From Macrostomum lignano (Eukaryota): 64,000 nt of DNA. The stretch spans positions 798,007-862,006 of the forward strand of contig NIVC01000598.1 of the NCBI GenBank assembly GCA_002269645.1, in the 5' to 3' direction. Under the pieces are notes generated by a model. The model saw nothing but the letters and a program-made list of their open reading frames with translations, searched no databases and had not been told where the DNA came from. Made by a program: the position numbers and the translations under genes. Positions 1 through 13,000 of the stretch are shown one piece after another (within the stretch, counting starts at the first letter, position 1; every line of letters begins with the position of its first letter).

Positions 1-34
<34 letters not shown>

Positions 35-143
35 GGTTAGTTAGTTAGTTAGTTGGTTAGTTAGTTAGTTAGTTAGTTGGTTAGTTGGTTAGTTAGTTAG
101 TTAGTTAGTTAGTTGGTTAGTTAGTTAGTTAGTTAGTTAGTTG

Positions 144-217
<74 letters not shown>

Positions 218-337
218 CGGTTAGTTAGTTAGTTAGTTAGTTAGTCAGTTAGTAAGTTAGTTAGTTAGTCAGTTAGTTAGTTAGTTAGTTAGTCAGTTAG
301 TTAGTTAGTTAGTTAGTCAGTTAATTAGTTAATTAGA
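1..337. repeat. (TTAG)n microsatellite, intronic
   Basis: Direct TTAG tandem with TTGG/TCAG variants; ends just before the CAG acceptor at 359. Confidence 0.95.
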
Positions 338-359
338 TATTTCTGACCGTCATCTGCAG

Positions 360-1337
360 GCACGCTCTGTGCCCTGAGAGCTTTGCTCTCCGCATTAGGG
401 TGAATCTCACACAAGCCCTTAGTTAGTTTTCATGCATGAATCGCAACATTAATGCCTGGGCCATCGAGTGCATCATTCTCACAGTATTTTTAATTTTGTA
501 TAAAGCATTCCTAACCTAACCAATAGCCGCTAATCCTTAACCATTGGTTGCCCCTAGCAACGCTGATCGACTGCGCGCCTTCATCCGGGCGGAGCTACTG
601 GCTTTGAAGGCCAACGACGAGGCCGCTCTGTCGCCTCGCTGCCAATCGGCTGACGGCGTCAGAAGCTGTCAGCGAAGGTGGCTCCTTTGCTGTTCCGAAT
701 GTTGTCTCTTGTCTCTTTGCCTTTCTGTTTCGACTAGTTACTTGCTATGCCGTCTTCTGCATCCGTTTTAAAGCTTTTGCTTGCGAAAAAATCTCCGTGT
801 TTTTTCTAACCACTTTACTATGAGTAGCAAACAAAGTTTTTTTTCCGCTAAATTGATAACTATTTCGTTTGCAATTCCGACTCTCTTCCAGACGCGTGGA
901 TGGCATGATGGAGACCAGGCCGCTCATGTCGGTCGGCTCCATTCAGAATGTCGCCAATGTGCTGCACGGAGCTCGGCAGGGCATTGAGCACAGGTGAGTA
1001 CTGCTAGTTTGCTTTTATGCACCATGGCAACTGGAAAGCACCCGAATTTTAGGCCGGCATTTCTATTATTGCAATTGCAGGCCGCAAAGCGACGTTGTGC
1101 TCTACGAGGGACGCGAACTCAGAAATTCGGGAGGCGTCGACAGCACGGATTCTGGTCGCCCGAGGCGGGTTCGCCGGGTTGACAGCAAGCTGTGAGTGGC
1201 GGAGTTGACCTGATAGGTTTGCCCCAAACAGTTTTTTTGATTCGACTTACTGTGCTGTTTCCAGCTCCGGCAAGGCTCGCTTGGAGACTGCAGGCTCCGA
1301 TGAAGATGACAGAATCCCTGTCAGGTTTGTACTTGCC

Positions 1338-1381
<44 letters not shown>

Positions 1382-1383
1382 CC

Positions 1384-1450
<67 letters not shown>

Positions 1451-1471
1451 TAGTGTCTGTCTGTCTGTCCC

Positions 1472-1506
<35 letters not shown>

Positions 1507-1521
1507 TAGTGTCTGTCTTAG

Positions 1522-1601
<80 letters not shown>

Positions 1602-1602
1602 G

Positions 1603-1634
<32 letters not shown>

Positions 1635-1635
1635 T

Positions 1636-1674
<39 letters not shown>

Positions 1675-1677
1675 TAG

Positions 1678-1760
<83 letters not shown>

Positions 1761-1785
1761 GTGTCTGTCTGTCTGTCTGTCTGTG

Positions 1786-1817
<32 letters not shown>

Positions 1818-1845
1818 GGTCTGTCTGTCTGTCTGTCTGTCTGTG

Positions 1846-1882
<37 letters not shown>

Positions 1883-1885
1883 TAG

Positions 1886-1922
<37 letters not shown>

Positions 1923-1925
1923 TAG

Positions 1926-2022
<97 letters not shown>

Positions 2023-5000
2023 ATCTGTCTGTTTGTCCCTGTCAAATACTACTTAGGTTCGTTACTATCCTTTTAGGGAGCGAGTTCTTCAACAACTGCA
2101 ACAGCCACCTCAGATGCAGGAGGATCAGCAGCAGCAGCAGCAGCAGCGGCCAGTCAGCAGACACCGCAGCGACTCTGGCGACGGGTCCAGCCCAGACTTT
2201 GTTCTGCCGAAGCGGCCGCACAAGCCGCCGAGGGACAGTCTGAGGTGAGAGACCCGGCAAGCGGAGCAGCATTGCATCTCATTTCAGCATCCAAAATGCA
2301 GCACAGTGTGATTGAAATGATCTTGAAGACCCAAGCCAATTGATTAAGACAGAAATATTATTTTCTTATCGAATTGCACGAATATTTATCGAGTGAAAAC
2401 TGTACAACACAGACTAGACTAACAACCAATTAATTCCGAGTAAACTTTTAGAGCTAACGCCCAAACTGATATTTATTGATCGATTGCTTCGATAAGAAAT
2501 ATACCAGATTCTAAACCGTGCCACATTGTTTAGACTAAAATTTTATTCACAATTATTGAATTTCTACGCATTAAAAGGTCCTGACTATTCAGTGTCTAAG
2601 TTTCTTATCGCGGCCTAGCTATTTATAGAGAGGAGCTTGGACGTACAAATTGTACATTCATATCGTAGGATTGCTATTTTTAGATACAGTGTACACTATC
2701 GATGGGTTGCTATTTTTAGATACAGTGTACACTATCGATGGGTTGCTATTTTTATATACAGTGTACACTATCGATGGGTTGCTATTTTTATATACTCGTA
2801 CAGTGTACACTATCGCCGGGTTGCTACTTTTAGAAGTTTTCGGGCAGCCTGACCAAAGATGATAAAGTCTTCTTAAATTTTGACCCACAAAACCCCTCCT
2901 TCATGCTCTCATTGGCTGGAGGGTTTCAAACACACTTAGGATGATGTATCACAACCTTGCAAACACACCCCTACATTTATCTCCCTACCCACCACCACGG
3001 CCAGCGAGTCCTCCCTTCCTAGCTAGTTTTTAAACCAATCGCAATCCTTATCAGCTATCTAATCTAACCAGAAGAATGTACATAGAAGACCTTTCCCCAA
3101 ATTGCATTAACCGATTAGCCAATCAGCGATGAGCAGCTTGCACATTACCTAGGCGCGAATTGCTGGATTAATAAAAATGACAAGTAATCGATAGTATCTT
3201 CATAAATTTGATTATGATTTGGTTTTTAGACGATCTGCCGCTGCTGCTCCAGCCGTCACTGATCGGTGAGACTGGAGAGGGAGAGGCTTCGAAGCCTCAT
3301 CAAGCTTAGCCCAGACGTATTAACTTCCTTGCGTTTCAGCTGATATATCTTATTGTAGTTTAGGGTTTCTATATCTGTTTCTCTATCCATATAGTTCCTC
3401 TGCAGTAGCATGGCTGCACTTGATGAATTTACAGTCTTACTTTGCCCTCCCACAGAAAAAGCAAAATAATTCTGGATAGAACTCAACACCTATAAAGATT
3501 ATACCATGCCTTAACAGATGCTGTTATTATTTTCATTTTATTGAAATAATTTTTCGATTTAAAAATACAATTTTTCATTTTTTCGCAGCCAAACCAGCGA
3601 TGACAACAACAATGGCTTGAACTCAAGCCGGAGTCAGCGGTCGCAGGACCAGCAGCAGCTGTCCCTGTCTGCCAGCGGAAACTCTGGCGGAGGACGCCAG
3701 GATGCGCTGAGAGCCGCTTCGCAGAGTTTGCAGAAACTGGCTGAAGAGATTGAGGTAACAGTGGAACTTGTGTGATGTCTTTACTGTGATGCTAGGCATT
3801 CACGCTGGCAATGCTGTATTCACACAGACAGCAGCGCTGTATTCACACAGACAGCAGCACTGTATTCACACAGACAGTAGCACTGTATTCACACAGACAG
3901 TAGCACTGTATTCACACAGACAGTAGCACTGTATTCACACAGACAGTAGCACTGTATTCACACAGACAGTAGCACTGTATTCACACAGACAGCAGCGCTG
4001 TATTCACACAGACAGTAGCACTGTATTCACACAGACAGTAGCACTGTATTCACACAGACAGCAGCACTGTATTCACACAGACAGTAGCACTGTATTCACA
4101 CAGACAGCAGCACTGTATTCACACTCACTCCAACGCTCTCACAGTCCAAAGAGCCGCCCGATGAGTACTCAACAATTCGCAGCAACGAAGCCGCCGCTCC
4201 AGTGGACGAAACTGAGAAAGATTCTCGGCCAACACTACCGACCAGACCCGCCGTTGACGCTGCCGCTGCCGCTGCCGCCGACACCGCCGCCGCAGCCGCC
4301 GCCGCCGTTGGCGACAAAGCCAGCAGGCCCCGAGTGCAGTCACGTCGAACAGCCTCGCTAATTTCCAGTTCGACAACCACAGGAACTGCAGACAACGATC
4401 TGTCCACGGTGTCAACTTCGTCGGCGTCAACAACGGATGACGATGACAGCGACGGCAGCAGCTCGACTGTCACCAACGGCGACGATGCTGACAGAAAGCT
4501 GAAGGGAGCGACTGGCCAAACGCCGAACTCAAAGGGTGAGCAATGCCAAACTCTTGACTCTCGATATTCTCGATCTCGAATTGTGAATCTTGATATTGCG
4601 ATAAAAAGACTGTTGAAGAGCATTTGTAGCATTACTTCACAGTGATGTTGTGAGCGCCGCAATGACATGCAACTGACATTCTGTTGTTGACATGAATCTT
4701 CACTAACTTGCAGCTGGTTCAGCACCTGGTGAGCAGGCCAGCGCTGGCGGCGGCAGCGGCGGAGATGACAGCCAGGCGACCCGCCGTGAGCTGTGAGTGT
4801 TAACTAAAGTTTATCTCCTAATTAATTAGTATATTAACAAACAATATGCCCGACTTTCTTAAAGACCAACTCAGTTACTGCCTTACTGAGGCTGTAATTA
4901 TCAAACCAGTAAGAAAAATTGAACGAACTTGTCATTTTAGCGATGACGGAAGTTCCGCAGAGCTTCAGTAAGAGATGCTGCTTTGAATGAGGCTTTGTCC

Positions 5001-8000
5001 TACAGTTTATATAAACACGCGCTATTCACGTTTGCATGTTTAATTCTCTACTTACAGTAGACTAGTAAGTGTAGCATTTTATTTCCATGGGAGTTGATAA
5101 AAGTTCATGTTTTACTGTCATATAATTTGCCGTAAACTACTACTAATATATGATAGTTATATTTTGTTTCTTAGGTTATAGAGATATTTCTTATAATAAT
5201 TATTGCAGTCTTTCATCGAATTGAGCTCACGTTCTTACGAGGAGACTGAGATGACTCACTGGTGATGCGTGAGTTCGATCTCCAGACGGACTCCCTGACT
5301 TAGTCGTCGCATTCATCTGTAGAATAATAAAATTAACCCACCTGTAATCACATTTTAATCATCATTTAAGCAATTTAATAAGCAAGTTTGAGTTGATTCT
5401 GATAATTGTGTTTGACACCTAACCCAATCAGTTTATTGATTGCATTACCAAATAGGTAATATGGCTGCTTAAAAATACCTGTCTCCCAGATCCTCGGTTG
5501 CTGGGCCAGTCTCCCAGATCCTCGGTTGCTGGGCCAGTCTCCCAGATCCTCGGTTGCTGGGCCAGTCTCCCAGATCCTCGGTTGCTGGGCCAGTCTCCCA
5601 GATCCTCGGTTGCTAAGCCAGTCTCCCAGATCCTCGGTTGCTAAGCCAGTCTCCCAGATCCTCGGTTGCTGGGCCAGCCTCCCAGAGTGTCAGTTGCTGG
5701 GCCAGCCTCCCAGAGTGTCAGTTGCTGGGCCAGCCTCCCAGAGTGTCAGTTGCTAGGCCAGCCTCCCAGATCCTCAGTTGCTGGGCCAGCCTCCCACATC
5801 CCCAGTTGCTGGGCCAGCATCCCAGATCCTCAGTTGCTGGGCCAGCCTCCCACATCCCCAGTTGCTGGGCCAGCATCCCAGAGTGTCAGTTGCTGGGCCA
5901 GCCTCCCAGATCCTCAGTTGCTGGGCCAGCCTCCCACATCCCCAGTTGCTGGGCCAGCCTCCCACATCCCCAGTTGCTGGGCCAGCCTCCCAGATCCTCA
6001 GTTGCTGGGCCAGCCTACCAGATACAAAAATATGGTGTGCTTGCAGGTTAAATTAAAAACTAATTTTTCGCGATGCAGTGCTGCTAGTTACTATCATATA
6101 TTTCGAAATCGTGTGACAATAGATTAATTCAGGGAAAAAATATAAGAGTAACAGACAAATATTTTTAATGCCTTTGGGTTGCGATATATGTGCATTACTA
6201 TTTATTGTCTTTAATTAACTCGATAATACTAACTATAACTCTCTAACCCTCTGGCGCCAACGTTAAAAGACAGTACTCAGTACCAATACACTAGACACAA
6301 ACATGACTCAGACACGATTCCGACACGACTCAGACACGACTCAGACACTACTCAGACACGACTCAGACACTACTCAGACACTACTCAGACACTAATCAGA
6401 CACTACTCAGACACTAATCAGACACTACTCAGACACTACTCAGACACTAATCAGACACTACTCAGACACTAATCAGACACTACTCAGACACTACTCAGAC
6501 ACTACTCAGACACTACTCAGACACTACTCAGACACTACTCAGACACTAATCAGACACTACTCAGACACTACTCAGACACTAATCAGACACTACTCAGACA
6601 CTACTCAGACACTACTCAGACACGACTCAGACACTACTCAGACACTACTCAGACACGACTCAGACACTACTCAGACACGACTCAGACACTACTCAGACAC
6701 TACTCAGACACTAATCAGACACTACTCAGACACTAATCAGACACTACTCAGACACTACTCAGACACTAATCAGACACTACTCAGACACTAATCAGACACT
6801 ACTCAGACACTACTCAGACACTACTCAGACACTACTCAGACACTACTCAGACACTACTCAGACACTACTCAGACACTACTCATATACGACTCAGACACTA
6901 CTCAGACACGACCCAGACACTACTCAGACACGACTCAGACACGACTCAGACACTACTCAGACACGACTCAGACACTACTCAGACACGACTCAGACACGAC
7001 TCAGACACGACTCAGACACGACTCAGACACTACTCAGACACGACTCAGACACGACTCAGACACGACTCAGACATGACTCAGACATCACTGTCGAGATGTG
7101 CCTCAAGGGATCACACACAGATAAGAGACACTTTATCTTTAAAAATGATTCCTTGAGCACACAAGAAAGCAAATGGGGTGCCCCCGCATCCCGGTAATCT
7201 CTGCTCTCTCGCCTCTGGCAGGTCAAGAATTCTCCAGCATCTCTAAGCCGATCCTAAGAAAACGATAATCCTAAAGAGCCAGAAACTACCCAAAGAAAAT
7301 GAGGATAATCCTATTACTCCATGGGGTTCAAAGGATGGAGACTGCGCACTCAGTCTGAAGGGTTTTGCGTTTCTAAGAAAGTAGGATTCCAAGATCCAGT
7401 TTATCGGGAGGTGGAGACGAAAAAGTTTATCGCAAAATTGTTTTGTCTGCCCCCTAGACTAAGCCTAAACTTCCGACTGAGTTCATCCTTTCGAACAACG
7501 AGATTTTGCTCTCGCGTGTGCGTATTAATGGGGCTCCAGGACTGCCAGATCAAATTAATGTATCTGCGAAAAAAATTAACAAACATATCAGTATTGTTAC
7601 TTTCAATTTCTCCCTTTCTAGCTTTTTAGCGATTCGTGTCATAAATTAATGTTTTTTCTAAACAAAAAAAATAAAAGCCAACTATATAGACACTACTGAG
7701 ATACTACTGAGTTACAGTTATACTACGTTACTGAAGACTACTCAGACACTACTCAAAGAATACTCAAAAACTACTCAGACACTACTCAGACACTACTCAA
7801 ACACTACTCAGACACTACCCGACACTACTCAAACACTACTCAAAGACTACTCAGACACTACTCAGACACTACTCAAACACTAATCAGTCACTACTCAGAC
7901 ACTACTCAAACACTAATCAGTCACTACTCAGACACTACTCAAAGAATACTCAAAAACTACTCAGACACTGCTCAAACACTACTCAGGCACTACTCAAAGA

Positions 8001-8897
8001 CTACTCAGACACTACTCAAACACTAATCAGTCACTACTCAGACACTACTCAAACACTAATCAGTCACTACTCAGACACTACTCAAAGAATACTCAAAAAC
8101 TACTCAGACACTGCTCAAACACTACTCAGGCACTACTCAAAGACTACTCAGACACTACTCAAACACTAATCAGTCACTACTCAGACACTACTTAAACACT
8201 AATCAGTCACTACTCAGACACTACTCAGACACTACTCAAACACTAATCAGTCACTACTTAAACACTAATCAGTCACTACTCAGACACTACTCAAACACTA
8301 ATCAGTCACTACTTAGACACTACTCAAGGCACTACTCAGACACTACTCAAAGAATACTCAGACACTACTCAAAGAATACTCAGACACTACTCAAAAAATA
8401 CTCAGACACTACTCAGACACTACTCAAAGAATACTCAGACACTACTCAAAGAATACTCAGACACTACTCAAAGAATACTCAGACACTACTCAAAGAATAC
8501 TCAGACACTACTCAGACACTACTCAAAGAATACTCAGAAAAAGGTCAGACACTGCTCAGATATCATACAGTACGCGGGCATTTTTGCTAATTAGTATTAT
8601 TGGCTAATTATTTTAATCTGACACTTTTTAACTGCAAAAAATTTAGCCCTTGGATTTTTCCCTCGATCACCGATTTTATCCGCCTAAATTTTGCGTTGAT
8701 ATTTCATTAGCTAAAATTACTATTTAACAAACTTTATTAGTCACTAATAAAAGCAGCATCCCCTGTTGCGTTGCAGTGAGCACATTCTGTACAGAAGGCA
8801 CCTGGAGGAGCTGGAGATGCAGCAGCAGCAGCAACAGGTAGAAGCTGAGAGCGGCGTCTCCAGACCCAAGCGTTCGTCCGTTTGCAGCGTGTTTTAA
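360..8897 (+). CDS. 3' portion of an unidentified spliced gene: low-complexity Q/S/A-rich protein with C-terminal CaaX (KRSSVCSVF*); 5' end lies upstream of the window
   Basis: Phase-consistent GT-AG exons: 360-399, 558-677, 892-993, 1081-1191, 1265-1324, 2077-2244, 3230-3265, 3589-3754, 4145-4535, 4714-4792, 4941-4967, 8777-8897 (TAA); about 470 aa of continuous ORF. The 4967->8777 join is least certain (alternative acceptor at 5209). No family recognised. Confidence 0.65.
1337..2032. repeat. (GTCT)n microsatellite with GTCTTAGT interruptions, intron of gene A
   Basis: Direct observation. Confidence 0.95.
2661..2830. repeat. 36-bp minisatellite, ~4.5 copies
   Basis: Unit GTTGCTATTTTTAGATACAGTGTACACTATCGATGG. 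Confidence 0.9.
3814..4124. repeat. 23-bp minisatellite, ~13 copies, intronic
   Basis: Unit CTGTATTCACACAGACAGTAGCA. Confidence 0.95.
5481..6023. repeat. 28-bp minisatellite, ~19 copies
   Basis: Unit GTTGCTGGGCCAGTCTCCCAGATCCTCG, with variant blocks changing along the array. Confidence 0.95.
6303..7083. repeat. 11-bp minisatellite (TCAGACACTAC)
   Basis: Direct; variants TCAGACACGAC and TCAGACACTAA. Confidence 0.95.
7690..8537. repeat. 11/12-bp minisatellite related to the 6303-7083 array
   Basis: TCAGACACTAC with TCAAACACTAA, TCAGTCACTAC and TCAAAGAATAC variants. Confidence 0.9.
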
Positions 8898-8975
8898 ACA
8901 GACTGAAATTCATATTTGCTGGGGAAATTTAATATTGCCAGATATCAGCATTAAAGGAAATAATACGTATTAAAC

Positions 8976-9277
8976 TAATAATAATAATAATTGATTACAC
9001 CTGCCCCAATTGGGCCAGATGTGCAGCAGCTATTGTGCGGCGCATCTGAAGGCTGCGTACGGCTGTTCAGTCCAAGGACTGGGCCGGGGGTCGCCACACA
9101 CAGCCTCAATTACCCCAGCTAATGCTGGCACCCATTTTACAGCTGGGGTGAACTGAAGCAAGGCTCAATGTGTCTTGCTTAAGGACACAAATTGCCCCTG
9201 TGGGATCGGGAATCGAACGTCCGACCGCTCTAACGTGAGTCGTGAGTCCGACGCTCCAACACCCTAGGCTAAAACCC
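8976..9277 (-). mobile_element. tRNA-derived SINE with CORE-like central domain
   Basis: Minus strand shows an A-box-like TAGCCTAGGGTGTTGG, B box GTTCGATTCCC, central GTGTCCTTAAGCAAGACAC...CAGTTCACCCCAGCTGTAAAATGGG (resembling MIR/CORE GTGACCTTGGGCAAGTCAC...CTGTAAAATGGG) and an (ATT)n tail. Confidence 0.75.
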
Positions 9278-10063
9278 TTTAGTAGCTTTTAAATTTGAAA
9301 GAATTCTCACAAAGAATGCTGTACCTTCGAAGCTACTAAGTTATCAAAATTGATGAATATTGTACTCGTAAAATTGTAATGAAAACTTTAGTGAGTGGTG
9401 TGCAGATTTTTAAAAGTACGTTTAATAAGCTGCTATACAGGTAGATAAATATTTATTGTGTGCATGATGCAATTTGCGCCGCGGAGGCCCCAGTTTAGCA
9501 TGTTGCTGACTGTAGCGTGAATTCAAGCTGTTCTGTCAGTTAATATGCAAAAACCAATTATAAAAAGAAAAAAAATTCAGGTTTAAAAAGCGTATAGATT
9601 ACTATTATTATTAGTGCTCGGAATTCTGTAATTTACTTTTTTGTATTCGATAACTTCTCTGTGTTTCATTTCTCTGTGATGCTTTATTTACATCTGATTG
9701 CATAACTTTGTAAAAGTACATTAGATATACTTTCCTCCACAACGTACATAAATGGTGCACGCGAGACCTACCATACTTTTAGAATATTAATGAGCTAATT
9801 TAAACTGACTTCTTAAGCTTTCATGCCTGTTTTTTCTTCTGAGTACAAAACTATTCTTGAAGAAGATTGCGGATATTAAAACACACGCCTGTTAGAAAGT
9901 TTTTTTATTTTCTAAGAATAAAATGACTTTGCGGTCTTTGCCGTATTTGAATATCTCAAATATTTTTACGATAGCTTTGAAACTATCTAAAAAGACGGTG
10001 TTGTGTAATTGTAATCTTTTTTTAGACTGAACTCTTCGGAAATCTGTAAAGAAGTGGAGAACT

Positions 10064-13000
10064 AGATTCAATGACTGAGAGAGAGGAGAGAGGCAGATTC
10101 AATGACTGAGGGAGAGGAGAGAGGCAGATTCAATGACTGAGGGAGCGGAGAGAGGCAGATTCAATGACTGAGGGAGCGGAGAGAGGCAGATTCAATGACT
10201 GAGGGAGCGGAGAGAGGCAGATTCAATGACTGAGGGAGAGGAGAGAGGCAGATTCAATGACTGAGGGAGCTGAGAAAGGCAGATTCAATGACTGAGGGAG
10301 CGGAGAGAGGCAGATTCAATGACTGAGGGAGCGGAGAGAGGCAGATTCAATGACTGAGAGAGAGGAGAGAGGCAGATTCAATGACTGAGGGAGAGGAGAG
10401 AGGCAGATTCAATGACTGAGGGAGCGGAGAGAGGCAGATTCAATGACTGAGGGAGCGGAGAGAGGCAGATTCAATGACTGAGGGAGCGGAGAGAGGCAGA
10501 TTCAATGACTGAGGGAGCGGAGAGAGGCAGATTCAATGACTGAGGGAGCGGAGAGAGGCAGATTCAATGACTGAGGGAGCGGAGAGAGGCAGATTCAATG
10601 ACTGAGGGAGCGGAGAGAGGCAGATTCAATGACTGAGGGAGCGGAGAGAGGCAGATTCAATGACTGAGGGAGCGGAGAGAGGCAGATTCAATGACTGAGG
10701 GAGCGGAGAGAGGCAGATTCAATGACTGAGGGAGCTGAGAGAGGTAGATTCAATGACTGAGGGAGCGGAGAGAGGCAGATTCAATGACTGAGGGAGCGGA
10801 GAGAGGCAGATTCAATGACTGAGTGAGAGGAGAGAGGCAGATTCAATGACTGAGGGAGCGGAGAGAGGCAGATTCAATGACTGAGGGAGCGAGAGAGGCA
10901 GATTCAATGACTGAGGGAGCGGAGAGAGGCAGATTCAATGACTGAGGGAGCGGAGAGAGGCAGATTCAATGACTGAGGGAGCGGAGAGAGGCAGATTCAA
11001 TGACTGAGGGAGCGGAGAGAGGCAGATTCAATGACTGAGGGAGCGGAGAGAGGCAGATTCAATGACTGAGGGAGCGGAGAGAGGCAGATTCAATGACTGA
11101 GGGAGCGGAGAGAGGCAGATTCAATGACTGAGGGAGCGAGAGAGGCAGATTCAATGACTGAGGGAGCGGAGAGAGGCAGATTCAATGACTGAGGGAGCGG
11201 AGAGAGGCAGATTCAATGACTGAGGGAGCGGAGAGAGGCAGATTCAATGACTGAGGGAGCGAGAGAGGCAGATTCAATGACTGAGGGAGAGGAGAGAGGC
11301 AGATTCAATGACTGAGGGAGCGAGAGAGGCAGATTCAATGACTGAGGGAGCGAGAGAGGCAGATTCAATGACTGAGGGAGAGGAGAGAGGCAGATTCATA
11401 TGTTGAGGGAGCGGAGAGAGGCAGATTCAATGACTGAGGGAGCAGAGAGGCAGATTCAATGACTGAGGGAGACGAGAGAGGCAGATTCAATGACTGAGGG
11501 AGAGGAGAGAGGCAGATTCAATGACTGAGGGAGCGGAGAGAGGCAGATTCAATGACTGAGGGAGACGAGAGAGGCAGATTCAATGACTGAGGGAGCGGAG
11601 AGAGGCAGATTCAATGACTGAGGGAGCGGAGAGAGGCAGATTCAATGACTGAGGGAGCGGAGAGAGGCAGATTCAATGACTGAGGGAGCGGAGAGAGGCA
11701 GATTCAATGACTGAGGGAGCTGAGAGAGGTAGATTCAATGACTGAGGGAGCGGAGAGAGGCAGATTCAATGACTGAGGGAGCGGAGAGAGGCAGATTCAA
11801 TGACTGAGGAGAGGAGAGAGGCAGATTCAATGACTGAGGGAGCGGAGAGAGGCAGATTCAATGACTGAGGGAGCGAGAGAGGCAGATTCAATGACTGAGG
11901 GAGCGGAGAGAGGCAGATTCAATGACTGAGGGAGCGGAGAGAGGCAGATTCAATGACTGAGGGAGCGGAGAGAGGCAGATTCAATGACTGAGGGAGCGAG
12001 AGAGGCAGATTCAATGACTGAGGGAGCGGAGAGAGGCAGATTCAATGACTGAGGGAGCGGAGAGAGGCAGATTCAATGACTGAGGGAGCGGAGAGAGGCA
12101 GATTCAATGACTGAGGGAGCAGAGAGAGGCAGATTCAATGACTGAGGGAGCAGAGAGGCAGATTCAATGACTGAGGGAGCGGAGAGAGGCAGATTCAATG
12201 ACTGAGGGAGCGAGAGAGGCAGATTCAATGACTGAGGGAGCGGAGAGAGGCAGATTCAATGACTGAGGGAGCGGAGAGAGGCAGATTCAATGACTGAGGG
12301 AGCGGAGAGAGGCAGATTCAATGACTGAGGGAGCGAGAGAGGCAGATTCAATGACTGAGGGAGAGGAGAGAGGCAGATTCAATGACTGAGGGAGCGAGAG
12401 AGGCAGATTCAATGACTGAGGGAGCGAGAGAGGCAGATTCAATGACTGAGGGAGAGAGAGAGGCAGATTCAATATGTTGAGGGAGCGGAGAGAGGCAGAT
12501 TCAATGACTGAGGGAGCAGAGAGGCAGATTCAATGACTGAGGGAGACGAGAGAGGCAGATTCAATGACTGAGGGAGAGGAGAGAGGCAGATTCAATGACT
12601 GAGGGAGCGGAGAGAGGCAGATTCAATGACTGAGGGAGACGAGAGAGGCAGATTCAATGACTGAGGGAGCGGAGAGAGGCAGATTCAATGACTGAGGGAG
12701 CGGAGAGAGGCAGATTCAATGACTGAGGGAGCGGAGAGAGGCAGATTCAATGACTGAGGGAGCTGAGAGAGGTAGATTCAATGACTGAGGGAGCGGAGAG
12801 AGGCAGATTCAATGACTGAGGGAGCGGAGAGAGGCAGATTCAATGACTGAGGGAGAGGAGAGAGGCAGATTCAATGACTGAGGGAGCGGAGAGAGGCAGA
12901 TTCAATGACTGAGGGAGCGAGAGAGGCAGATTCAATGACTGAGGGAGCGGAGAGAGGCAGATTCAATGACTGAGGGAGCGGAGAGAGGCAGATTCAATGA

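Noticed and set aside
1-337. Telomeric repeat
   Set aside because: The unit is TTAG, not TTAGG/TTAGGG, and it sits directly upstream of a splice acceptor (intronic).
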